64,000 nt of DNA from positions 9,942 through 73,941 of the forward strand of contig DATKZM010000091.1 of assembly GCA_035527975.1 (NCBI GenBank), read 5' to 3'. The translations under genes and the position numbers were made by a program. Below the pieces are notes generated by a model. That model saw nothing but the letters and a program-made list of their open reading frames with translations. It had not been told where the DNA came from and made no database searches. Below, piece after piece: positions 1 to 8,647 of this stretch. The first letter of the stretch is position 1. The number at the start of each line of letters is the position of its first letter. This DNA is from Alphaproteobacteria bacterium (GTDB taxonomy: Bacteria > Pseudomonadota > Alphaproteobacteria > JAPULJ01).

Positions 1-404
1 TCGCCGCGATTTCCGCCGGTGCGCCGGTGATCCAGGACGCCGTCGTCACCGGCCACGACCGCGAGGAAGTCGGCTTGCTGGTCTTCCCCAGTCCGGCCGG
101 TTGCCGTGCCGTAGCGGGCGACGCGCCCGAGGACGAGGCGCTGGACGATCTGATCCACCGCGAGGCGGTCCGCGCCGCCCTGGCGCACGGCCTTGCCCGC
201 CATAACGCCGACAATCCCGGCAGCAGCACGCGCATCGCCCGCGTGCTCATCACGACCGAGCCGCCGTCGATCGACGGCAACGAGATCACCGATAAGGGGT
301 ATCTGAACCAGCGCGCCGTGCTGGCGCGCCGCGCCGATCTGGTCGAGCGCCTCTACGCCGAGCCGGCCGGCGCGGATGTGGTGTTGGTGGACCCACTCTC
401 ATAA
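1..404 (+). CDS. AMP-dependent acyl-CoA synthetase, C-terminal fragment (feruloyl-CoA synthase-like); 5' end lies outside the window
   Basis: The frame of track ORF 27..404 stays open to the window edge. The C-terminal sequence EPPSIDGNEITDKGYLNQRAVLARRADLVERLY resembles the C-terminal subdomain of Fcs-type adenylate-forming CoA ligases. Confidence 0.55.
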   Translation, partial: AAISAGAPVIQDAVVTGHDREEVGLLVFPSPAGCRAVAGDAPEDEALDDLIHREAVRAALAHGLARHNADNPGSSTRIARVLITTEPPSIDGNEITDKGYLNQRAVLARRADLVERLYAEPAGADVVLVDPLS

Positions 405-589
405 GGGTGCGCCATGCTCTGCCCGGCTGGGCGTTGGAGCATTTTCCGTTCGGTTGGCATCACCGGCCCTCATGAGCTTGTCGAATGGCCCCCGCCCGGC
501 CACCCCCAACGCTCAATTAGGGGCAGCATCCTTGGTGTGGCCGGGCGGGGGAGCGGGCCGGCGCCGATTCCACGTACGTGGAAAATGCT

Positions 590-1591
590 CTAACCGGTGT
601 CCAGTCCGCGGCGGCGGTCGATTTGATGAACGATCTCGCCGATGAGGCCGCGCGGGAAGGCCAGCACCGTGAGGATGAAAAGGACGCCGAGCGCCAGCAG
701 CCAGTAGACGCCGAGCGCTTCCGATAGAAACCCCTCGACCGAGCGCACTGCAAAGGCGCCGAGAAAGGCGGCGATGAGAAGCGCGCGGCCGCCGACGGCG
801 ACCCAGATCAGCACCTCTGCCGACAGGCCAAAGCCGATCAGATTGGGCGAGGCGAAACCGAACTGCGTAACAAACAGCGCGCCCGCCAGCCCGGCGATGC
901 CGCCGCCGATCGAAAAGGCGGTGGTCTTGTAGGCCGCCGTGTCGAAACCGAGATACTGCGCCCGGATCTCGTTGTCGCGGATTGCCTGGAGCGCGACGCC
1001 GAAGCGTGAGCGCACGAGCGCGCCCAGCAGCAGCATGCCAAGCGCTGCGATCCCCAGCATCGTGAAGTAGAGTTCCAACGGCTCGAAAACCTCGTGGCCG
1101 CCGGCGTTGAGGCCGAGATTGGGCGGCGGCACGTTCATGAGACCGTTCAGTCCGCCCAGATAAGGCCAGTTGATTGCCAGGCGTTCGGCGATCACCGCGA
1201 CGGCGAGGGTGACGATGCCAAAGAAGGCGCCGCGCAGACCCTGGCCGTAAAACAGAAAACGCCCGAGCAGGTTGGCGAACAGCGCCGGGATCGCCACCGC
1301 GAGGACCAGGCCGAGCCAGCTTGAGAGGAGGCTCGGCGCGCCGGGGATCTTGCCGAGCGTGACAATGCTCATGGCGTAGCCGCCGATGCCGAAGAACACC
1401 GCCTGGCCGAGGCACAGCAGGCCGCAATGGCCCCAGACGAAGGCGAGACTGGCGGCAAGGAGGCCGTAGGCGAAGAACTTGGCATACTCGCCGAGCGCAT
1501 AGTCGTCGGCACCCAGCGGCAGGGCGAGGAAGACGATCAACGCCAGCGCGGTCAGCGCGTCCTCGGTCGTGATCGCGCGGCCCCGGCTCAT
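590..1591 (-). CDS. HAAT-family (branched-chain amino acid type) ABC transporter permease, LivM-like
   Basis: 333-aa polytopic membrane protein with the typical LivM-like hydrophobic pattern. It is last in a five-gene minus-strand ABC operon. Confidence 0.9.
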   Translation of the reverse strand: MSRGRAITTEDALTALALIVFLALPLGADDYALGEYAKFFAYGLLAASLAFVWGHCGLLCLGQAVFFGIGGYAMSIVTLGKIPGAPSLLSSWLGLVLAVAIPALFANLLGRFLFYGQGLRGAFFGIVTLAVAVIAERLAINWPYLGGLNGLMNVPPPNLGLNAGGHEVFEPLELYFTMLGIAALGMLLLGALVRSRFGVALQAIRDNEIRAQYLGFDTAAYKTTAFSIGGGIAGLAGALFVTQFGFASPNLIGFGLSAEVLIWVAVGGRALLIAAFLGAFAVRSVEGFLSEALGVYWLLALGVLFILTVLAFPRGLIGEIVHQIDRRRGLDTG

Positions 1592-1601
1592 GCGTCAGAG
1601 A

Positions 1602-2465
1602 TCATGTTTCACGCCCCCTCCGCGCGATGAGGCCGCGCGGGAAGAGCCGAATGACTACGATCGCCATGACGAAGACGACAAGCTGGGCCCAGACCGGCGA
1701 GTAGAGCGTTGCCGTCAGATTGTCGGTCGCCCCCACCGCGAGCGAGCCCACAACCGGGCCCATCAGCGAGCCGAGCCCGCCGATCAGTACGGCGAGAAAT
1801 GCCGGCACCAGGAAACCGAGCCCCATCTGCGGGTCGAGCGAGATCAGCGGCGACATGGCGGCGCCCGCCAGCCCCGCGAACGCCGCCCCATAGGCGAATG
1901 TATAGCGGTCGAGCCGGCGTGTATTGATGCCAAGGCACGCCGCCATGTCGCGGTTGGCGATGACGCCTCGCGCCGCCAGGCCGAACCGGGTCCCGAAGAA
2001 CAGCCGCAAGGTCACCGCCACGGCGACGATGGAGACGGCCATGATGAAGAGCCGGTAGGCGGGGTATTGGGCCCCGAGCACCTCGACGGTGCCGGCGAGC
2101 GGCACGTCGACCGAGTGGGAAGCGGGCCCAAAATAGAGCGTGATCGCTTGCTTGATCACCAGCGACAGCCCCCAGGTGGCCAGGATCGTGTCAAGGAAGC
2201 GGCGGTAGACCCAGCGGATCACCAGCTCCTCGATCACCAGGCCTACCAGTCCCACGACGATAGGCGCGGCAATCAGGCCAAGCCAGAAGGAGCCGCCAAG
2301 CTGCTGCACCGTGAGCAACACGTAGGCGCCCAGCATCAGAAGCTCGCCATGCGCCATGTTGATCACGTTCATGAGGCCGAAGATGATGGCAAGGCCGAGC
2401 GCCACGAGGACAAGGATCAGCGTGTAGTTGCTGGCGTCGAGGATGGTGATGACGAATTCCTGCAT
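1602..2465 (-). CDS. HAAT-family ABC transporter permease, LivH-like
   Basis: I moved the start to the ATG at 2465 (MQEFVITILDASNYTLILV...). The upstream part of the track ORF is Arg/Pro-rich read-through. Polytopic permease adjacent to the LivM-like gene. Confidence 0.9.
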   Translation of the reverse strand: MQEFVITILDASNYTLILVLVALGLAIIFGLMNVINMAHGELLMLGAYVLLTVQQLGGSFWLGLIAAPIVVGLVGLVIEELVIRWVYRRFLDTILATWGLSLVIKQAITLYFGPASHSVDVPLAGTVEVLGAQYPAYRLFIMAVSIVAVAVTLRLFFGTRFGLAARGVIANRDMAACLGINTRRLDRYTFAYGAAFAGLAGAAMSPLISLDPQMGLGFLVPAFLAVLIGGLGSLMGPVVGSLAVGATDNLTATLYSPVWAQLVVFVMAIVVIRLFPRGLIARRGRET

Positions 2466-2479
2466 CCCGGCCACCGCGC

Positions 2480-3166
2480 TCAGAGCGCCAGGAAGTCGTG
2501 CAGGATCTCCGGCTGGGCGCGCAGGGCGTCGGCGCTGTGGCGCGCCTCGATCCGGCCGGTCTCCAGGAATGCGCACGCGTCGGCCAGAGCGAGGACCATG
2601 TCGATGTTCTGCTCGACCAGCAGGATGGCCGCGCCAGTGGTCTCGGCGATCGCCGTCAGGGTCTCGGTGATCTCCCCCACGATCGATGGCTGCAGGCCTT
2701 CCGAAGGCTCGTCGAGCAGCAGGAGCCTGGGGCGGTTCATCAGCGCCCGGGCAATCGCGAGCTGTTGTTGCTGGCCGCCCGAAAGCTCGCCGGCTCGTTG
2801 GCGCCGCCGGCTCTCCAGCGCCGGGAAATGGTGGAAGGCCAGATCGAAGGGCGTCTCGCCCAGATTACCCAGACGCAGATTGTCCTCGACCGTAAAATCT
2901 CCAAAGATCTCGCGGCCCTGCGGCACATAGGCAACGCCGCGCCCCGCCACCTCGAAGGGCGCGCAGCCGGTGATGTCGTCGCCGTCGAAGCGCACCCGTC
3001 CGGCGCGGGTCTGGACGAGCCCCATCAGCGTGCGCAGCAGCGTCGTCTTGCCGGCGCCATTGAGACCCAGCAGGCCAACCACCTCGCCCGCGCCTACGGT
3101 GAGCGAGACGCCGTCGAGCACGACGCCGCGGCCATAGCCGGCGGTAAGAGTTTCGACTTCAAGCAT
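2480..3166 (-). CDS. ABC transporter ATP-binding protein, LivF-like
   Basis: Start at MLEVETLTAGYG. Walker A GLNGAGKTT, signature LSGGQQQ, Walker B LLLLDEP. The start overlaps the stop of the upstream ATPase gene by 8 nt. Confidence 0.9.
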   Translation of the reverse strand: MLEVETLTAGYGRGVVLDGVSLTVGAGEVVGLLGLNGAGKTTLLRTLMGLVQTRAGRVRFDGDDITGCAPFEVAGRGVAYVPQGREIFGDFTVEDNLRLGNLGETPFDLAFHHFPALESRRRQRAGELSGGQQQQLAIARALMNRPRLLLLDEPSEGLQPSIVGEITETLTAIAETTGAAILLVEQNIDMVLALADACAFLETGRIEARHSADALRAQPEILHDFLAL

Positions 3167-3911
3167 GGCGCCCCAGATACCCCTCGCGGACGGCGGCATT
3201 GGAGCGGACCTCGTCGTAACGGCCGCGCACGGCAATGGCACCATGCATCATCACGGCAACGGTCGTATCCAGCAACTCGACGAAGCGCATGTCGTGCTCG
3301 ATCAGGATAACGGCGACGCCGGTTTGCCGATGAATGCGGCGGATCAGCGCTGCCGTCGCCTCGGTCTCGGCGCGGGTCATGCCGGCGGTGGGCTCGTCGA
3401 GCAGCATCAGGCGCGGCCGGCCGATCAGCACCATGCCGATCTCCAGCCACTGCATCGCGCCATGCGCCAACGCCCCGGCGGATTGAGCCGACTTTTCGGT
3501 CAGGCCGACCAGGTCAAGGGTTTCGCCGATGTCGGTGCGGTAGGCGTCGGGCGTGGGCCCCGCGAGACCCCGGAGGCCCGCCTGCCCCGCCCTGGCGGAG
3601 CGCGCGACGAGCAAATTATCGGCGACGCTGATCGTGGAAAAAACGCTCGGCACCTGGAACTTGCGGCCGATGCCGAAGCGGCTGATTTCATATGGCTTCA
3701 GCCGCGTGAGGTCATGGCCCTCAAATTCGACCGTTCCTGCGGTTGGGCGGAGCTGGCCGGTCAGCAGGTTGAACAGCGTGGTCTTGCCGCAGCCATTGGG
3801 CCCGATCACGCAGAGCAGCTCCCCCGCGGCAAGCCCAAGATCGAGGCCGGTCAGTACCTCGGCGCCGCCGAACTCCTTCCTCAGGCCCTCGATTGCAAGG
3901 AAGCCGGTCAT
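3159..3911 (-). CDS. ABC transporter ATP-binding protein, LivG-like
   Basis: Walker A GPNGCGKTT and Walker B MLLDEPTAG. N-terminus and length are LivG-type. Confidence 0.9.
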   Translation of the reverse strand: MTGFLAIEGLRKEFGGAEVLTGLDLGLAAGELLCVIGPNGCGKTTLFNLLTGQLRPTAGTVEFEGHDLTRLKPYEISRFGIGRKFQVPSVFSTISVADNLLVARSARAGQAGLRGLAGPTPDAYRTDIGETLDLVGLTEKSAQSAGALAHGAMQWLEIGMVLIGRPRLMLLDEPTAGMTRAETEATAALIRRIHRQTGVAVILIEHDMRFVELLDTTVAVMMHGAIAVRGRYDEVRSNAAVREGYLGRHA

Positions 3912-3969
3912 GGGATTGCGGCCATGGGACGCGGGACCCCATTTCCCGCGACCACGGATATGCCGCCGC

Positions 3970-5142
3970 TCAGGTCTTGCAGCCGGCCTCGGGCGCGAGG
4001 CTGCCCAGCGCCTGCACCGTCTCTAGTTTCGTGCCGGCGGTCCTGGCGAGGAACATGTTCATGGTGACGTGATGGTCCTTCGCCCCGATCGAGAGCGGCC
4101 CGGTGGGCGTGTCGATGCTCAGGCCCTCGAGCCCCTTGATAAGGGCTTCCTTGTCGGGTTTGCCGGCTTTTTCCAGGCCCGCCTTCAGCGCCATCATCGA
4201 GTTGTAGTGGGTCATCACGTAGTGCGAGATCGGCACATCGTCCTTGCCCGCGCTCTTCTTGATGCGGGCGACGAAGTCCTTGACTTTGGCATCGCCGCTG
4301 GCGGCGACAAATGGCACGGTCACCCACATGTTCTGGCCCTTGCCGGTGCCGAAAGCGCCGAGATAGGTCTCCGCGAAGCCGAGGAAGGCGACGGTGAGGT
4401 CCTTCAGGAGGCCCAGATCCTCTGCCTGCTTGATGAATGTGATGCCATCGGCGCCCGGCAGGGCAAAGACCAGCACCTTGGCGCCCGAGGCCTTGATGCG
4501 GCGGATGACCGGGGCGAACTCCTTCACGCCCCATGGCGTGAACTCCTTGCCGACAACCTTGCCGCCGAGCCCGCCCACGATCTTCTCCGCAGTCTCGAAC
4601 ATCTTCTGCGGCCAGACGTAGTTGGCGCCAAACATGTAGTAGCTCTTGCCGAACTTCGCGTTCATCGCCGGCAGCAGCCGGGCCAGCTCCTGGTTCGGCA
4701 CGGTGTTGAAGGCGAAGATGTATTTCGAGCACGCCCCGCCCTCGTAGTTGGTGGCATAGAGCAGCGGGGTGCGCAGGCGATTGACGCTGGGCGCCATGGC
4801 GTCACGGGCATTCGAAGTGATCGGGCCCGACAGCGCCAGCACGCCGTCGCGGCGGATCAGCTTCACCGTCCGCTCGACCGAGGTCTTGGGATCGGTCTTG
4901 TTGTCCTCGTAGACCACCTCGATCTTGCGGCCCAGGATGCCGCCGGCCGCGTTGATTTCCTTCATCGCCAGATCAAGGCCCAGCTTGGCTTGATTGCCGA
5001 AGAGCTCAAGGCCGCCGCTGAAGGGCTGCACGGCGCCTATCTTGATCGGCTTGGCCGCCGCGATCGCGGGCATCGGCAGCTGCGATGCCGCCATGGTTGC
5101 TGCGGCGCTCGCCACGAAGGTGCGTCTCGTCGGCTTCCACAT
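3970..5142 (-). CDS. ABC transporter periplasmic substrate-binding protein (LivK/AmiC-type fold)
   Basis: Start chosen at MWKPTRRTFVASAAA (Tat-like RR signal), with GGGGGA 8 nt upstream. An alternative ATG lies at 5175. The mature part is typical of type I periplasmic binding proteins (PIKIGAVQPFSGG...). Confidence 0.85.
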   Translation of the reverse strand: MWKPTRRTFVASAAATMAASQLPMPAIAAAKPIKIGAVQPFSGGLELFGNQAKLGLDLAMKEINAAGGILGRKIEVVYEDNKTDPKTSVERTVKLIRRDGVLALSGPITSNARDAMAPSVNRLRTPLLYATNYEGGACSKYIFAFNTVPNQELARLLPAMNAKFGKSYYMFGANYVWPQKMFETAEKIVGGLGGKVVGKEFTPWGVKEFAPVIRRIKASGAKVLVFALPGADGITFIKQAEDLGLLKDLTVAFLGFAETYLGAFGTGKGQNMWVTVPFVAASGDAKVKDFVARIKKSAGKDDVPISHYVMTHYNSMMALKAGLEKAGKPDKEALIKGLEGLSIDTPTGPLSIGAKDHHVTMNMFLARTAGTKLETVQALGSLAPEAGCKT

Positions 5143-5506
5143 AGCACAGGTCCCCCGGATTTTTTGCCTGCTCATATTCTGGGCGCAATCGCCCCGGGAA
5201 TGCAACCGCGCGGATGGAGGGGAGGGCTGCGGCCGCCCTGGGAGACCATCATCCCGGTCGGACATTCGCGCGGCTTCAACGTTGAGAACAAGCCGCTCCA
5301 TCGCGCAGTCCTCACGCCATGCCGCAATTGGCTGGAGCGCAATCGCGTCACAGTGATCCAGTGTGACGCGTGAAGCGTGCTCCAAACACATGAGTTAGAT
5401 CAAGAGCCGCGTCTCAGATCGCTGCGATCTGCGACCATCTTGATCCAGGATCGGACATACCCAGGACAGGCATCCATGCCCGCTTTCGGCAGGAAAGCCG
5501 CCTCAA

Positions 5507-6310
5507 TCAACGTTTTCGGGCGGCGGCTTGGGCAATTTTTTCGAGGAAGGGCTGGATATCGGGTGCGAACGCCGGATGGCGGCATAGCCGGTCGAAATGC
5601 GCGGTTGCGCGCGGATACTCATCGTAGGCCGCCGCGCCGAAAATCGGTTCGACACCGTCGGAACCGAGCTTGGCGATGCTGCCCCGTTCACGCGAAATCT
5701 GGGTCAGCTCGGCGGCGAAGCAGATATCGGCGAGGGTCACGCCGTCGCCTACCAGGTACGGTCGGTCGGGCGCCAGCGCCTGCTCGATGCCGGCCATATA
5801 GGTCTCGAAGGCAGCGCGGGTGGTTTCGCGCACCTCAGGGGCGAGCCGGTCGCCGGCCAGTGCCAGGAGGTAGATCTGCGAGGTCCGCGCGAACACCAGG
5901 CTCACGTCAAGAAAGGCGTCGATCCGCGCGGCCTCGTAGGGGCCGGCGCCGTAGAGCGGAAACGCGTCAGCGCCGATTCGCGCGACCGCGCGCATGATCG
6001 CATTGGATTCGAAGATGCCGACCGTGCCGTCGGGGCTGAACGCCACGGGCACGGTGCCGAACGGATTGGCCGCAAGAAACGCGTCGGTCTTGATCAAATT
6101 TCCATCGAACCCGGTATGCGCGGCGCGGGCCGTCGTGTCCGCCCGGTCGGCCTCGGTCAGAGGATGGGCGTCGAAATCCCACAGCCAGTCGGGAAGCTCG
6201 GCCGGTTTGGCTCCGCGGATCTCGATCTCAACACCGGTCAGCCGGGCCGCAATCGTTGCCTTCCAGATGCGCGGGTTCGGCAAATAGGAAAAGATGCGAA
6301 GGTCGGCCAT
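5507..6310 (-). CDS. Glutathione S-transferase-like protein
   Basis: 267 aa. The N-terminal thioredoxin-like part (NPFGTVPV...IFESNAIMRAV) and the helical C-terminal part fit the GST superfamily pattern. Subclass not assigned. Confidence 0.7.
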   Translation of the reverse strand: MADLRIFSYLPNPRIWKATIAARLTGVEIEIRGAKPAELPDWLWDFDAHPLTEADRADTTARAAHTGFDGNLIKTDAFLAANPFGTVPVAFSPDGTVGIFESNAIMRAVARIGADAFPLYGAGPYEAARIDAFLDVSLVFARTSQIYLLALAGDRLAPEVRETTRAAFETYMAGIEQALAPDRPYLVGDGVTLADICFAAELTQISRERGSIAKLGSDGVEPIFGAAAYDEYPRATAHFDRLCRHPAFAPDIQPFLEKIAQAAARKR

Positions 6311-6555
6311 ATTACGCTGCCACGAATTTAGCCCGCCAGGCTGATTGCCCGCACAAGGCCGATCGACTCAAGCCCGATCGACCATTGAGCGCGCCAAGTC
6401 TAACACCAACTGGTGCGCCAGAGATCAACCATGCTCGAAATCTCTACGATGACAATGGCCGTTCAGTCCGGCGCAAAATCGGCCGGCCTCGTGCTTCCTA
6501 TGGGCCAGCTGTCCAGCCTCTCTGACTAAACACCCGGTTCCGCTTATGGGGGCAG

Positions 6556-6595
6556 GCCAACCGCAAGCCAACCGCAGGCCAACCGCAGGCCAACC
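6556..6595. repeat. 11-bp tandem repeat gccaaccgca(a/g), about 3.6 units
   Basis: Read directly: gccaaccgcaa gccaaccgcag gccaaccgcag gccaacc, in the 520-bp intergenic region upstream of the acyl-CoA dehydrogenase gene. Confidence 0.9.
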
Positions 6596-6832
6596 TAGGT
6601 CGGCCGCGCCACCAGGGCAAAGTTGTTCGGTATAAGCTGATGCGGGCCCCCACAAATATTGGCGAGGGTAGGCGCCGCGATTCCACAAAGGGCGGATATT
6701 CGTCCCGCCGCCGCACCGACGTTCCTCATCGCGAGCCTGTCGAAGGATGACGGCGCCGCTTGCAAGCCCGCCGCCCCTGTGCCTCGACAGGATCAGCATG
6801 CGGGCTCTTGGCCAGAATCGGAGAGACAGCCC

Positions 6833-8635
6833 CTAAAACGCCGCTTCTTCCAACTCCATGAGCGGCCCCGCCCCGCCCGTCATCGTCGCGAAGAGGCCCG
6901 CCGTCTCGGGCAGCACGCGCTTCATATAGAAGCGCGCCGTGGCCAGCTTGGCGGTATAGAAATCATCCTCGCCATTGGCGCCGGCTTTCAGCTTGTCGCG
7001 CGCGATCCTGGCCATGCGCGCCCACATATAGCCGACTGCAACGAAACCGAAGGCGCGCAGGTATTCGCTTGCCGCCGCCGCCGCGTCGTTTTGATCCTTC
7101 ATGCCGGCCTCGGCGAGCCACAACGTCGTCTGCTGCAGCTTGGCGAAGGACTTCATCAACGGCGTGACGAACTCCGCCATCTCCGGATCGGCCGCGTTCG
7201 CCTCGATGAACTGCTGCACCGGATGGAAGAAGCGGCGCAGGAAGCGGCCCATATGCGCCGGCAGCTTGCGCCCGATGAGGTCGAGCGCCTGGATGCCGTT
7301 GGTCCCCTCGTAGAGCTGGGTGATGCGGGCGTCGCGCACGAACTGCTCGATACCGTGCTCGGAAATATAGCCGTGTCCGCCATAAACCTGGACGGCGAGG
7401 TTGGCGGCCTCGAAGCCGTGATCGGTGAAGAAGGCCTTGATGATCGGCGTGGTGAGCTCGATCCAGTCGGCGGCTTCCGCGCGCACGGCTTCGTCGGGAT
7501 GCTTCAGCATCTTGTCGATCTCGAGCCCGGTCCAATAAGCCAGCGCGCGGGCGCCCTCGGTCAGCGAGCGGGCGCGCAGCAGCATGCGCCGCACGTCGGG
7601 ATGGACGATGATCGGATCGGCGGGCTTGTCGGGCGCCTCGGCGCCCTTCAGCGCGCGGCCCTGGACGCGCTCCTTGGCGTATTCCACCGCGTTCTGGTAG
7701 GCGACCTCGGCGATGCCGAGCCCCTGCATGCCGACGCCGAGCCGCGCCGCATTCATCATCGTGAACATGTGCGCCATGCCCTTATGCGGCTGGCCGACCA
7801 GCCAGCCCTTGGCGTCCTCGAAGTTGATGACGCAGGTCGACGAGGCCTTGATCCCCATCTTGTGCTCGATCGAGCCGCACATGACGCCGTTGCGCGGGCC
7901 TGCGACCGTTTCGCCGTTCTCCTGCTTGGGCAGGAATTTCGGCACCAGAAATAGCGAGATGCCGCGCACGCCCTCGGGCGCATCGGGCAGCTTTGCCAGC
8001 ACCAGGTGGATGATGTTCTCGGTCAGATCGTGCTCGCCGGCCGAGATGAAGATCTTGGTGCCGGAGATCTTGTACGACCCATCACTATCAGGCACCGCCT
8101 TGGTGCGGATGAGCCCCAGATCTGTGCCGCAATGGGGCTCGGTGAGGCACATCGTGCCCGACCACGAGCCGTCGACGAGCTTGGGCAGATACTCGTCCTT
8201 CAATTCGTCGGTGCCGTGATGCTCGATCGCATTGTAGGCGCCCATCGAGAGCCCCGGATACATACCGAAGGACATGTTGGCCGAGCAGATCATCTCTTCG
8301 AAGACAATGTTGATGACCTTGGGCAGACCCTGACCGCCATATTTGGGATCGCAGGCGATGCCGCACCAACCCGACTCGGCGAATGTCTTGTACGCTTCCT
8401 TGAAACCTTCGGGCGTACGGACAACGCCGTTTTCATACGTACAGCCCTCCTGGTCACCCGAATAGTTGAGCGGCTGCAGTTCGTTCTCGCAGAGCTTGGC
8501 GCCTTCCTCGAGGATGGCGTCGATCAGGTCGGGCGTTGCTTCCTCGTAGCCGGGCAACTCGGCGAGCGTCTCGACGCCAAGCATCTCGTGCAGCACGAAG
8601 CGCATCTCGCGCAAAGGGGCCTTGTAGGTCGCCAT
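6833..8635 (-). CDS. Long (600 aa) acyl-CoA dehydrogenase
   Basis: N-terminus MATYKAPLREMRFVLHE plus the acyl-CoA dehydrogenase core (GTMCLTEPHCGTDLG, IFISAGEHD) and an extended C-terminal helical domain. First gene of a beta-oxidation operon. Confidence 0.9.
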   Translation of the reverse strand: MATYKAPLREMRFVLHEMLGVETLAELPGYEEATPDLIDAILEEGAKLCENELQPLNYSGDQEGCTYENGVVRTPEGFKEAYKTFAESGWCGIACDPKYGGQGLPKVINIVFEEMICSANMSFGMYPGLSMGAYNAIEHHGTDELKDEYLPKLVDGSWSGTMCLTEPHCGTDLGLIRTKAVPDSDGSYKISGTKIFISAGEHDLTENIIHLVLAKLPDAPEGVRGISLFLVPKFLPKQENGETVAGPRNGVMCGSIEHKMGIKASSTCVINFEDAKGWLVGQPHKGMAHMFTMMNAARLGVGMQGLGIAEVAYQNAVEYAKERVQGRALKGAEAPDKPADPIIVHPDVRRMLLRARSLTEGARALAYWTGLEIDKMLKHPDEAVRAEAADWIELTTPIIKAFFTDHGFEAANLAVQVYGGHGYISEHGIEQFVRDARITQLYEGTNGIQALDLIGRKLPAHMGRFLRRFFHPVQQFIEANAADPEMAEFVTPLMKSFAKLQQTTLWLAEAGMKDQNDAAAAASEYLRAFGFVAVGYMWARMARIARDKLKAGANGEDDFYTAKLATARFYMKRVLPETAGLFATMTGGAGPLMELEEAAF

Positions 8636-8647
8636 GGGTGCGGTCTC

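Noticed and set aside
445-585. Inverted 11-mers gagcattttcc / ggaaaatgctc about 120 nt apart, between the convergent CoA-synthetase fragment and the livM-like gene
   Set aside because: The arms are short and far apart, and the second arm abuts the livM-like stop. The first arm resembles a common dispersed alphaproteobacterial repeat. This is insufficient to call a terminator or an element.
6556-6595. Short tandem repeats (here and at 31252-31290, 23706-23723) as possible CRISPR arrays
   Set aside because: The units are 9-13 bp and directly abutting with no spacers, and no cas genes are present. These are not CRISPR.
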